From: Octopus sinensis
Lineage: Eukaryota
Direction of reading: 5' to 3'
Assembly (NCBI RefSeq): GCF_006345805.1
Contig: NC_043002.1
Coordinates: 98,084,001-98,148,000, forward strand
Length of the DNA: 64,000 bases
In this document: in pieces, positions 1-11,340 of the stretch
Layout: every line of letters begins with the position of its first letter
Position numbering within the stretch: position 1 is the stretch's first letter
Notes under the pieces: model-generated
What the model was told of the DNA's origin: nothing
The model's database searches: none
The model's input: the letters and a program-made list of their open reading frames with translations, nothing else
Made by a program: the position numbers and the translations under genes

Positions 1-292
1 ATTAATTAATTTCCAACTAAAACTTAAGAAGCAAAAGCCGCAGCAATTTCACTAATTATTCGGTAATGAATATCTTAATACTTGTTTCATTAAACCGCAA
101 TTAAAACATTCACTTGATAAGCCAACTTTTGAGCCTTTATGATGTTGCTCGATCTCCTAAATATAACAACCAAATCCTGCAGTGACGGAGAACGATACGC
201 TGGCTAATCTGTTTCTAAATACAGTAGAATAATGTCAATGATCAGACTACATTTGGGGCGACGAAAACTAACAAATGTTTAAATGAAATTAA

Positions 293-468
293 CCCCTTAC
301 CCAACAATTATTTTGAAAATAAATGTATTTTTTCAGACATATTTTTTAATTGTTTTATTTTTTAATTGTCGATTTTGGCGAGTCTATCTTTTGACGAGTT
401 AACTCGCCAGAGATAGAAAAAAACGATTTAGGTCAAAACGCATATATTCGTTTCTGCCGGGTAAGGGG
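293..468. mobile_element. piggyBac-type MITE
   Basis: TIR CCCCTTACCC...GGGTAAGGGG flanked on both sides by TTAA (289-292, 469-472); no coding capacity. Confidence 0.8.
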
Positions 469-710
469 TTAACAACCTTCATGGGTTTTTGAATGGCTAA
501 TAATTGCCTTTCATGCTGTAATTGTTTTAGCTTCAACACAAGATCTTGGATCAAGCCACTTTGCCTGGCGAATACACCTTTGAAGTTCTGAATACTTTAT
601 GTTTGAAAAAAAAAAAACACAATCCAAGAGATGGTCGCAGCTGGAATGCTTTTGAGTTTTGGCCTGGTCTCTCACTGTAGCTCAACTGTAATTGACTAAA
701 GTGAGTTATA

Positions 711-1085
711 TGCGTGGCCGTGTGGTAAAAGGGTTACTTCCCAACAACATGGTTCAGTCCCAGTGCGTGGCACCTTGGGTAAATCTCTTCTACTATAGCC
801 TCGAGGCGATCAAGGCCTTGTAAGTAGATTTAGTAGATGGAAACTGAAAGAAGCCTGTCGTATACAAATGTGTGTGCGTGCGTATGTGTGTTTGACCACC
901 ACCAATACCACTTGACAACTGGTTTTGGCGTGTTTACGGTCTCGTAACTAGGCGGTTCAGCGTAAGTGATCGATAAAATAAGTACTAGACTTAGCAAAAC
1001 AAAAATTAAGTCCTAGAGTCGAATCATTCGACTAAAAACTCTTCAAGATGCATGGTCGCCATCCAATGACTGAAGAATGTAGGAA
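711..1085 (+). mobile_element. tRNA-derived SINE family A, degraded copy
   Basis: Colinear, diverged match to the copies at 8377, 21912 and 39375 (GTGGCxGTGTGGTAA head, GAAACTGAAAGAAGCCTGTCGTATA core, AATGACTGAA tail). Confidence 0.8.
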
Positions 1086-1779
1086 AAAAAAAAGACAAAT
1101 GTAGTTCTCAAATCAATGATTTCAAGTTATTCTGATTTATTTAACGAGAAACAAAATCACTAAGATTAAAATTATGTTCAATGCAGGCAAAAATCTAACA
1201 ATTTCGAAGGGAAGGTTTCAATCGATAGCATTGATTCCAGTACTTCACTGCTACTTTAACAATGCAAAAATGATCAAGGGCACAGTTGATCTCGACAAGA
1301 TTCGAACCCAGAACGTAAAAATCGCTGGGTATTTTTTCTGATGCTCTAGCAATTCAGCCAATCCACTGTATTAATCCTCAATACTAAAGTGGAAAGGATC
1401 ACGAATGCAGTTACATTGAGGTTTTAACCAATAGCTTAACGGTTCGAAACCAGGTCACAGATATAATTTGCCGTGAGATCGTCTCTTATTCTAGGATGTC
1501 CGTCACCTCTATTTTCACGACATGAAAATTTGATAATGAATGCTGTACTATACAGCATTAACTGGATTTATATACAACTAAGTGGCGAAATGGTCGAGTC
1601 GTTAGAGTGTTGGATAAATTGACTTAGCATTCCAGTTCACTGCACTCAAATGTCGCAGGGTTCGAATTTGCTTTCATCCTTTAGAGATAGATAACATAAG
1701 TACCAGTTCTGTACTGGGGAAGATTTTCACTCTCCCCCTCTTTCCCCTCTCTCTTTCTGTGTGTGTATACTTATATATA

Positions 1780-1845
<66 letters not shown>

Positions 1846-2251
1846 CTCTATTTCTCTCTTGAGTTTTGGGAAAAATTCACTGGGGTCAAATCTGAACAGG
1901 GATGTGCTCCCAGGGGCGAAAGAAAGCCCCAGGCACATCATATACTACAAACGTACACCGTCGACTGCGGCAAAAGTTGAGGCCTCAGGGCAAAGCAAAG
2001 TATGGATACAAATTATAGTCTCACAGCGAAATGCTAATCTTGAACTGCGATGGCGATGTGTATTCGTCTTAAATTCCCGTTGGCCATTTCCAAGATCCGT
2101 AAATTTTTGTATGATGTGAAGTAGTTATGACCAATACACACTCACACACATCACTCATGAAGAGCCACTTCCCTCGTCACACATACATTCATACAAACAT
2201 ACATACAAACATACAAGCGTACACATATACTCAAAGTTAATACGCACACAC

Positions 2252-2282
<31 letters not shown>

Positions 2283-2472
2283 CATAACGTTATATAATTA
2301 GGGTTCAGTAAAATAATTTACTTTACCACACACCGAACATTTAGAAATAGCAGTCAAAAAATTTTAGCTATTTCCCCTTCTATAAGAAAAGTATCCCAGA
2401 CAATGTATACTCAAAAATAATTCACGTAGGTATAGAGGGAAAAATAACGAAAGATCACACGTACATCGATTA

Positions 2473-2535
2473 CTTGAGAACGTCGTTTCTGGATTAGTTG
2501 GATATAGAGATCAACATTTCCGTCATCAGCCCAAG
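2473..2535 (-). ncRNA. Type I hammerhead ribozyme motif (562-nt family)
   Basis: Minus strand: CTTGGG-CTGATGA-C GGA...TCC A-GAAA-CGAC-GTT^CTCAAG; stem I CTTGGG/CTCAAG with one G-U; C.A mismatch at the base of stem II. Confidence 0.7.
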
Positions 2536-3063
2536 ATTTCTTTAGGTTTGAATTTGAGAGCACTAAAATCGAACATACCCGTCTGATATGAGTAATCCCA
2601 GACAAACCATCTTCAACCGCTAGTACTAACGAATTCAAAAAGAGACTTTTATAGTAGAGGAAATAGCTAAAATTTTTTGGCTCCTATTTCTAAAAGTTCG
2701 GTGTGTGGTAAAGTAAATTTTTTTTACTGAACCCTAATTATATAACGTAATGTTTTAAATATACCGTAAATGGTCTTTTTACATACTGAACATTACTTGG
2801 TAAAATTATTAATTAATAATTAATTAATTTTACCCTTTTTATTATTGACAATATAATTCTCTCTCCCTGATAATAAACTACAGATCCCTCTGTAGGGACT
2901 TGTTTCTCTATAACTCACGTGGGTGGACGAGGGAGGATACAAAGCCTCATTCGTACTTTTTGAATTCGTTAGTACTAGCGGTCGAAGATGGTTTGTCTGG
3001 GATTACTCATATCAGACGGGTATGTTCGATTTTTAGTGCTCTTAAATTCAAACCTAAAGCAAT

Positions 3064-3126
3064 TTTGGGCTGATGACGGAAATGTTGATCTCTATATCCA
3101 ACTAATCCAGAAACGGCGTTCTCAAG
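3064..3126 (+). ncRNA. Type I hammerhead ribozyme motif (562-nt family)
   Basis: TTTGGG-CTGATGA(3070-76)-stem II GGA/TCC-GAAA-CGGC-GTT^CTCAAG; predicted cleavage after 3120. Confidence 0.7.
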
Positions 3127-3410
3127 TAATCAATGTACGTGTGATCTTTCGTTATTTTTTCCTCTATACCTGCGTGAATTATTTTTGAGTATACATTGTC
3201 TGGGAGACTTTTCTTATAGTAGAGGAAATAGCTAAAACTTTTTGGCTGCTATTTCTAAAAGTTCGGTGTGTGGTAAAGTAATTTTTTTTTACTGAACCCT
3301 AATTATATAACGTAATGTTTTAAATATACCGTAAATGGTATTTTTACATACTGAACACTACTTGGTAAAATTATTAATTAATAATTAATTAATTTGACCC
3401 TTTTATTATT

Positions 3411-3498
<88 letters not shown>

Positions 3499-3502
<4 letters not shown>

Positions 3503-3689
3503 GTCTTGGGAGAGTCATTCTGTTTTAATGCCTTATTACTTAACACACTGGTTCAATTTCCACTCATTTACTTTTTTTTCTAGAAATTAAATGAAATAAA
3601 TAAGTAAATGAGTGGAAACTGAACCGGTGAGTGTGTCAATTAATAAGGTATTAAAGCAGAATTATTCCCCAGACACAAAACATGCTTCA
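3499..3689. repeat. Diverged foldback (head-to-head inverted ~80-nt arms) abutting (TA)n
   Basis: TTGTGTCTTGGGAG...TTCCACTCATTTACTT pairs with AAGTAAATGAGTGGAAA...CCCCAGACACAA. Confidence 0.75.
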
Positions 3690-4046
3690 ACACACGTATT
3701 CACAAAGAATCTTGCAAACCCTATATGTGTATGTATGTGTGTGTTTGTGTGTGTGTTTGTATGTATGTATGTATGCATGTATGTATGTATGTATGTATGT
3801 ATGTATGTATGTATGTATGTATGTATGTATTATGTATGTATGTAGTTATGTATGTATGTATGTATTATGTTTTTAATAAATAAGCATTTGTTAAAAATAA
3901 TCTATCAAGAGAATCTTGCATAAATATTGAGTTGTTTTTTAATATTTTTATAGATTATACCGAGTTGGATGTGTATATAATCTCTTGTTTTTTTCTTTCT
4001 CTGTAACTCTCTCTCGTTCGCTCGCTACACACACACATACACACAC

Positions 4047-4077
<31 letters not shown>

Positions 4078-4728
4078 CATACATACATACATACATACAT
4101 ACATACATACGCATACGCATACATATACATTCATACGATGTGTTATGCGAGTGCGCCAGCGTGTATGTAAGTGCTGTGCATGTATGTATGTGAGTTTTAT
4201 GTATGCTTACGAGAGAATGAGAAATATAAATATTTGCGCATTTTACAAGTGTTAGCAAATATTAAGTTTTATCTTTAATTTTTCTTATAATTTAGGCATA
4301 TCAGTATTATGAACATACGCATTATTGATACGTGTACTTACCCACTTCTCTCTCTCTCTCTCTCTATATATATTTTTTTTTTCTCACTCCACCTCTCTCT
4401 CGCAGACTTTTTCTTTTTGTTTTTCTCTTTTTTTGTTTTTGAATACAGATATGTTAAAGTGAAAATAAGTCAAGCGGTATAAGTGTCCATAAGAATGCGA
4501 GAGGGATTGTGTTGGAGACGGGAGCAGAGGATTACGTATTTTGTATGAGAAGAGAAATATATGGTCATTTAAAAAGAGCGAATGCTTGGGTATGTATCCG
4601 TGTGAGTGAATTAACTTATATTACACTCACCCAAAAACAGGCACGCGCGCGCAGACAGTAGTGAGAGAGAGAAGGAGGGTGAGTGAGAGAGAGAAACATC
4701 ATTAAATACATACGTACATACAAGAATA

Positions 4729-5110
4729 TCTATATATATAAAACTGAAGTTGTGTGGTGTCTGTCTCCTACGATTTAGATTCCTAACTGCTCCCACATTT
4801 TGCGGTGCAGTTTGACCAAAAGCGGGATCTTATAGTCGTGATTCATATCGAGCCCTTCTGGGTATTAACGCGCGTCTACGATGAGTCTACGATTTTAAAA
4901 AATTTACCATAATTTTTTTCCATTTTTAATGCATTTTTTTGCTATTATAAAAATGTCTACGATGAGTCTACGATTTAAAAAAAATTTACCATCACTTTTT
5001 TCCATTTTTAACGCATTTTTTTTGCTATTATATAAGGGAAGTAACTCTCTAAAAATGCTTATATAGTTATTTCCCTTACAAACCCGAGCAACGCCGGGCG
5101 ATACTACTAG
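4729..5110 (+). mobile_element. Non-autonomous Helitron
   Basis: 5' TC start, subterminal hairpin CCCGAGCAACGCCGGG, CTAG 3' end, no TSD; close sister copy at 20083-20480. Confidence 0.85.
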
Positions 5111-5255
5111 CTTATATATACATATATTTTTGCACATAACTTGCATGAATATGCAAACATATATACACACACACACATATGCTTCCATGCACACACATAT
5201 ACATAAATATGTGAGTGTGTGTGTGTGGGGGGGGGTTCTTTTTTTCTTCTTCCTT

Positions 5256-5460
5256 CTACTTGTTTCAGTCATTTGACTGCAGCCATGCTGGAGCACCGCC
5301 TTTAGTCGAGCAAATCGACCCCAGGACTTATTCTTTGTAAGCCTAGTACTAATTCTATTTTGTCTCATTCGCCAAACCGCTAATTTACGGGGACGTAAAC
5401 GCACCAGCATCGGTTATCAAGCGATGTTGGGGGGACAAACACAGACACACAAACATATAT
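5256..5460 (-). mobile_element. SINE family A, 3' half
   Basis: Reverse complement of the family A tail (GGCGGTGCTCCAGCATGGC...TGACTGAAACAAGTA). Confidence 0.85.
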
Positions 5461-5744
5461 ACAGATACGTACATACATACATATCTACATACATATCTAT
5501 ATACATACACACACGCACGCGCACGCACACACACACCTATATATATATATATTTGAGTAGTTGAATGAATTATCTTATTATGGATAATTCGGTTAACCAA
5601 TACCTGGGTAGCAAATTCACGTCAGAAAAACACGGTTGAAGCTACATGCCTAGGGCAGAGATCACGTGCTTTCGTGTGGAAATTTGTGTGTTTTTTTAAA
5701 TACAAATAAATGAAAGAATGGAGTTGAACGACGAATTAACAAAA

Positions 5745-5843
5745 TTCCATTATTTTCGACCTATGTTTCAAAGGCTGCATATTCCTAATTTCGAAGGAAT
5801 AAGGGGTGCATTATGCCGCCTTCTCATCAGGAAAAACAAGGAA
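5745..5843 (-). ncRNA. Type I hammerhead ribozyme, canonical core, extended stems
   Basis: TTTTC-CTGATGA-GAAGGC...GCCTTT-GAAA-C ATAG GTC^GAAAA; stem I extends through TTCC/GGAA; stem II has nested GCATA/TATGC and TTCCT/AGGAA helices; cleavage between 5758 and 5757. Confidence 0.85.
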
Positions 5844-6400
5844 CTTATGTCAGCATCAAGATGCACAAAAACGTTTAGATGACTGCCCACATGGAGCCCA
5901 TAGCGATAATGAGTGTTTCTTTAAAATATTCCGTTATAAGCAGTGACGTCAAAAATGGTTGAATGTAGAAGATTTTAGAAGGTTCAAGGGTTCAAACAAG
6001 GTTGGAGGAGAGAGGCCTAAGAATAGGAAGGTGATAGGGTGCAGGTCATATGAATGGTGATTTTATTGTTTTCTTTTGTGAATGAGTGCCTATGTGTGTG
6101 TATGTATATAACTGCATTAATGTCTATGTGTGTGTATGTGTGTGCGTGATTGTGTGTGTGGTTGGGTAGATGCCAAAAACAGACAGTGGTGAAGTGACAG
6201 GTTTGCGTCTGTGTGTTTGATTGTGCTTACGATAAAGAGAGGGAAAGAGAGAGAGAGGAGGGTGAGGTAGAGATACAAAGGTAAAACATACTTCAATGGA
6301 TTGGGTAGTAGTCCTTTAAGAGTATAAAAATTGACTATGGGGGCGATATATAAATGGGACTATATCATTAAAAATTCAAGGAGGTTATCTATATTAAACA

Positions 6401-6757
6401 TTATTCATATGAGTGAAAGGTGTGTTTTTGCCAGTGCATGCACCTAAAGGATTTCTCGACCATTGTATTTATTAAAGGGACTTTGGCGAACAATATATGG
6501 AAAAGTTCGGAATTACAGACGCCACAAAATTTTCTGCCCTTATCAAACGGAAAGGATACCGACAATATGGACCATTCCAGCCTGAAAGTTGTATTGCTGT
6601 CCTTAAGACGCCAAACTAATTTACTTAGTCCTGTGCTGTGTTGTTTTCTCTTATCTCGGAAAGTTGAATAATGATTGGAGATCCTGTGGGCTAATTTAGA
6701 AGTAGTTGCCCCAATGTAGAAAAAGACATCGGTCCCGGAAGAAATTTTGCAATACAA
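6401..6757 (-). pseudogene. GIY-YIG endonuclease domain of a Penelope-like element (truncated)
   Basis: xYCKI...YIGATTSKLAHRISNHYSTFR...STGLSKLVWRLKD...EWSIL...CGVCNSE...LIN...E...CMH: YIG, R, H, CxxC-E, N and C-x-H residues typical of invertebrate PLE endonucleases; no RT portion present. Confidence 0.85.
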
Positions 6758-7180
6758 CTTTCAGGCTGGAATGGTCCATATTGTCGGCATCCTTTCCGTT
6801 TGATAAGGGCAGAAAATTTTGTGGCGTCTGTAATTCCGAACGCAGAACTCCGCGCACGCACATATCCACACTTACACACACATTCCTCCTCCTCTACCAT
6901 TCTCCTCTCTTTGACAGAACTACTCTTCTGTCTTTGAAAGCACCTTTCTTCACCCATTTCCTTCCGGTCTCTCAAAATGTGACCTCGTGTGTACCGTTGG
7001 CGATTTTTTTCCCTCTGTTTTCCCTTCTCTGGATCTTTCCTTCTCCTATGTTTCCGACGAAGAGCTCCGCTCGAAACGTTAAACCCTCCTTCTTTCCTTC
7101 TTTCCTGAGCGTCCAATAATACTATATTTGTTCCACGTCCTCGCGTTGTTGTGTTTTTTTTTGTGCTTTCTTGTTTGGAT

Positions 7181-7185
<5 letters not shown>
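6749..7185 (+). mobile_element. Inverted Penelope-like segment: ~92 bp of the GIY-YIG ORF fused to a different pLTR-like terminus
   Basis: 6749-6840 is the reverse complement of ~6505-6597; 6975-7185 matches 23295-23502; ends at (TA)n. Confidence 0.75.
7050..7084 (+). ncRNA. Minimal type I hammerhead motif (U4C variant)
   Basis: GTTT-CCGACGA-A-GAGC TCC GCTC-GAAA-CGT-T^AAAC; palindromic ACGT stem III; identical motif at 23395-23429. Confidence 0.7.
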
Positions 7186-7268
<83 letters not shown>

Positions 7269-7920
7269 TTGTGTGTTTATGTACGTATGTGTGTGTGTTT
7301 GTGTGCGTCCACATTGTTTTATGTATATATACACACCACCGTATGTTTATGCACGCATGTAGACATGTATTTCGACATGCTTACTTATATATACATACAT
7401 AGTTACATTTAGTTATACGTTATACATACATACATACGTAACAAAAGACACATACTATTTCATCCTTAGTGCGACGAACAAATGTGGTCATTGGTCTACT
7501 CCATTAAGGTTGATAACAGGTCTAAACGTCAATATCTAGGATTCCTGCTGTTAGAGCTAAGAAATATTTTAATCCTGATATGTTGCTGAGTCTCTATAAA
7601 ATTCAAATAAAACTCGCACTAAAGTACTGAATGCTATATAATGTTATTGCTGCTGATCTAGACACAGAATCGCACAGAATTCAATTATTTGCAACAACTG
7701 TGATCTGAAATAACTAACTTTATACCTTATCCAACTATGACTAGCCAACATAATTGTTCCTATTCGCCTCTCTCACTACGCTCCATCTACCGAGCTCTTC
7801 ATTTAACCCATTTTTTTCCCGCCTCCGGCATTTGTCCAGGTGTTTTATGCTCATTCAGGACCTATCACGTGGAAAGGTCCTTGCAGTTCTTTTTTGGTCC
7901 CAAACATCAACAATTTAGGA

Positions 7921-8211
7921 CAGTGGTTCCCAAAGGTCTTCGGACTGCCGACCACTCGGAACCTATCTCACATTCCTAGTGCCTCTCCGCCAACTCATCA
8001 CTACAAGCGTTGACCATTTTCTGCAGCGAATTCAAAACAACAGTATTTCACAAATAAAACTTAATCTAATAAACCCATTGTTTTCTTTGCTTTTACACCC
8101 ATATCCCTTTTTTAGGTCACACCATTATTGCCCTTACCTTCCTTCAACACCCCGCTGAATATTTCGGTCGCCGCCAGAGGGGGACAGTACCGTCCACTTG
8201 GGGAACCACTG
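7921..8211. mobile_element. hAT-type MITE (Charlie-like TIRs)
   Basis: CAGTGGTTCCCAA...TTGGGGAACCACTG; 8-bp TSD not preserved. Confidence 0.55.
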
Positions 8212-8376
8212 ATCTCTGCAGATTACCCAACAGTCCCATTCGTAAAATGAATATGTGTGTGTGTGCAAACATATATCGTCTACTACGTAGAATGCACTAA
8301 ATGCGGCATATCCTGCATCCTCCGAACCAAAGAATGTCAGTACGTAGGCACTTCATCGGGAAAAAAGTACTTGAAT

Positions 8377-8785
8377 GCAGGAGTGGCTGTGTGGTAAGTA
8401 GCTTGCTAACCAACCACATGGTTCCGGGTTCAGTCCCACTGCGTGGCATCTTGGGCAAGTGTCTTCTGCTATAGCCCCGGGCCGACCAATGCCTTGTGAG
8501 TGGATTTGGTAGACGGAAACTGAAAGAAGCCTGTTGTATATATGTATATATATATATATGTGTGTGTGTGTATGTTTGTGTGTATGTCTGTGTTTGTCCC
8601 CCCTAGCATTGCTTGACAACCGATGCTGGTGTGTTTACGTCCCCGTCACCTAGCGGTTCGGCAAAAGAGACCGATAGAATAAGTGCTGGGCTTACAAAGA
8701 ATAGGTCCCGGGGTCGATTTGCTCAACTAAAAGGCGGTGCTCCAGCATGGCCGCAGTCAAATGACTGAAACAAGTAAAAGAAAAG
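8377..8785 (+). mobile_element. tRNA-derived SINE family A, full length
   Basis: A-box-like TGGCTGTGTGG and B-box-like GGTTCAGTCCC, central (TA)/(TG) tract, AAGTAAAAG tail; near-identical to 21912 and 39375. Confidence 0.9.
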
Positions 8786-8884
8786 TCAAAGAAGAAAGAG
8801 CCAGAATATCACTGTTTCTATGGGAGCTATTGACAGAGAAGTCGAAAGTTGGGTGGGATTCGGCTTTACGCAAGGCATATAACT

Positions 8885-9273
8885 CCTCATAACTTCTTAA
8901 TCTTTTTGAATTTTCAGATTTTTGTGAATTTGTGTTCTACATGCGGGAATTCATACGACTATACAAAAAGAAGAGAGGTTTTAAATTTTTTTGTAATTTT
9001 AAAATTTTCTTTCCATTTTTCGAGTTTTATTTAAAATTATTGTTTAAAATACGTACAGTCGGAATCTTTGGCTTAAATAATACTATAGAAAGATACTGCA
9101 AAACATTAAAATGTCAGATGGTCGTGAGATGTGCTAAAAATAACGGCCAAATATCCCTTAAATCGCACAAAATTTTTTTTTTTGTTTTTTGCATAGTCGT
9201 ATGATTTTTCGTGTGTGGAACACAAATTCGCAAAAAATTTCTGAAAATTCCAAAAAATTAAAAAGTTACGAGG
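8885..9273. mobile_element. MITE/foldback with ~85-bp imperfect terminal inverted repeats
   Basis: CCTCATAACTT...CATACGACTATACAAAAA (8885-8970) pairs with TTTTTGCATAGTCGTATG...AAGTTACGAGG (9186-9273). Confidence 0.7.
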
Positions 9274-9600
9274 TCGTATTGGCTAATCATCAACAACAAC
9301 AACAACATCAGCTACAACAATAACAACAACAGAAAAAGCAACGACAATAATTATAAGCAATCAGACAAGATTCCATCTTATTAAACACTAAGATATTTTT
9401 GATGAGTCTAAGTAGCTACTTGTATTTGTCTGATAGATAGTTAAAGGCCCTTCAGAATGGGATTTTCCGTACATTGCAATAATGTTTGGCATCTCCTGAA
9501 ACCATGCTGTCTTGAAGATGGGAAGGAAACGAATCGTTCTTAAAATGATCGTCCTTAAAACGCACTCATACGCACAAAACCATATATATATATATATATA

Positions 9601-9725
9601 AATGAAAGAATGGAGTCGAACGACGATTTAACAAAATTCCTTTATTCTCGACATATGACGTGAATTTGCCACCCGGGTATCGGTTAACCGAATTATCCAT
9701 ACTAGGATTATTCATTCAACTACTT
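9601..9725. mobile_element. Two head-to-head terminal fragments of the Penelope-like element at 5555-6757
   Basis: 9601-9656 matches 5710-5765; 9657-9725 matches the reverse complement of 5555-5623; both ends abut (TA)n. Confidence 0.75.
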
Positions 9726-9851
9726 ATATATAATATATATATATATATCTTATATATATATTATATATATATATATATATATCTACATGCCTGTATATAT
9801 ACATATATATATACACACACATGCCTGCATATATATATATATATATATATA

Positions 9852-11039
9852 TAGGGTCATCTCATAAATAATGCAGTTTTTTTATACCGCTTTTATTTAT
9901 CAAAATTAAGATAAAGAAATTTCTTTTTTAATCTAAAATATATTCTCCTTCATTTTCTACAATGCTCTTCTATCTATCTGGTAGACTTGCAAGGCTCCTC
10001 TTCCAATTGTCCGTGACGAAAAATATTCCTCCAGTACTGTTCTGACCTCGTCTACAGAATTTTTCCGTCCAAATGATTTTGAAGACTGCGGAATAAACAA
10101 TAATAATCAGATGGCGGCAATGTCCGGCGAACATGGCGGCGGGTATCGTTTCCCATTGAAGCTGCTCCAGCCATTGGAACGTCATCCTAGATATTCTTTG
10201 TTACCCTTTGGTTTTGGTTTAAAAGTTTAAAGTGGACTAAACCTTTCCTATACCACCAAACAGATAACAACACCTTACGTGAGTGAAGACCTTCTTCAGC
10301 CTGGGGTGCCAGTCTTTCTCCATTTTCTACTCACTGTCTTCAGTGCTTGATATTTTTTATAGAGAACACATTTCTCGTCACCAGTCACTATTCGGTCCAA
10401 AAGAGGTTCATTCGGGAGATGTGGCAGCAAAGAACATACATACTCTGCACGCGATTAGACTAGGAAAGTTTGTGAGGTGCCCATTAATCCAATTTGCTGT
10501 CTTTTCATATATTGTGTCATCCCATAAATAATGCTTTTTTTTATACGCAGGTGTCGATGAATGGTTGAATGACCAACTCCAAATTTCTCTGTAACTTCCT
10601 CAACAGTTACGATGGTATTTTGTCCCACCAGCGTTTTCAGGACGTCCTTGTCGAGCACTACAAATCTTCCAGAACGAGGTTATTTTAGGCTGTAATTTCC
10701 GGCTCGGAATTTCTTGAACCACCGTTGATATTGGCTTATGCTTATTATCCGATCCCCATATACGGCATCAATATTCCTAGCACTTTCCGTTGCGTTGTTG
10801 CCGTTATTGAAGTTATAAAACAAAATATGCCGGATATGCTCCTTTGTCACTTCGATTATAACTTTGAAAAATAACTGTTGATAATCGGACTGCACTCTTT
10901 AAAACTTACACTAAAAACAAGTGCAAGGTAAAATTACTACCGGCTTTTACAGCAAGTTAATGCAGGTTGGTCATCCCGTTCCCCTCCGGCTTTTAGTTCA
11001 TGCATTTGAAAAAACCGCATTATTTATGGGATGACCCAA
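9852..11039 (-). mobile_element. Decayed mariner transposon
   Basis: TIRs TTGGGTCATCCCATAAATAATGCGG, TA flanks; transposase remnants EHIRHILFYNF...QRWFKKFRAGNYSL and DKDVLKTLV...TVEE with many stops and frameshifts. Confidence 0.9.
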
Positions 11040-11340
11040 TATATTTATGCTAGCCCCAAGATAAAGTCTTGTTTTGATTTCCATCTATAGGAATATAGAC
11101 CCTTAAGGGGTCCCTAACGTCGAAATTGCAATAGGGAATTAACCAGTTATTTTTAAGTTGTGGATTCTATTTGTCATGACGCCCGAAGACGTGAGGAGAA
11201 ATAATATGAGTGATAGAATGGCTTTATAGCGGTTTTGGCTGCTATTTTTAACATGTAAAGGCTTTTTAACCCTCTGAGTCATAATTGTGACAAGTTCATA
11301 ATTATAAACGCTTTTCTTATATATATATATATATATATAA

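Larger units (their letters stand above)
2286..3413. mobile_element. Hammerhead-bearing non-coding repeat (~562-nt monomer): 1.4 tandem copies (+, 2642-3413) plus an inverted partial copy (-, 2286-2640); Penelope pLTR/retrozyme-like
   Basis: 2642-2850 repeats at 3204-3413; 2286-2640 is the reverse complement of ~2960-3315; both outer ends abut (TA)n. Confidence 0.8.
5555..6757 (-). mobile_element. Penelope-like retroelement, 5'-truncated 3' end (GIY-YIG C-terminus, 3' UTR, hammerhead)
   Basis: GIY-YIG ORF end at 6401, followed by a 3' UTR containing a hammerhead, ending at (TA)n near 5553; terminal pieces recur at 9601-9725. Confidence 0.8.

Noticed and set aside
1860-2130. Relatively GC-rich unique segment with a GGGGC/GCCCC hairpin
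   Set aside because: No convincing splice-bounded open frame, homology or ribozyme core
5782-5835. Shorter hammerhead fold using the inner GAAA (5789-5792) and a UUA site
   Set aside because: The longer fold gives a perfect stem I, a proper stem III pair and a GUC site, so it was preferred
7480-7920. Faint L2/CR1-like RT C-terminal remnant (LLSLYKIQIK.ALKY); similar trace on the minus strand at ~42350-42640
   Set aside because: Too degraded to assign boundaries or family without a profile search
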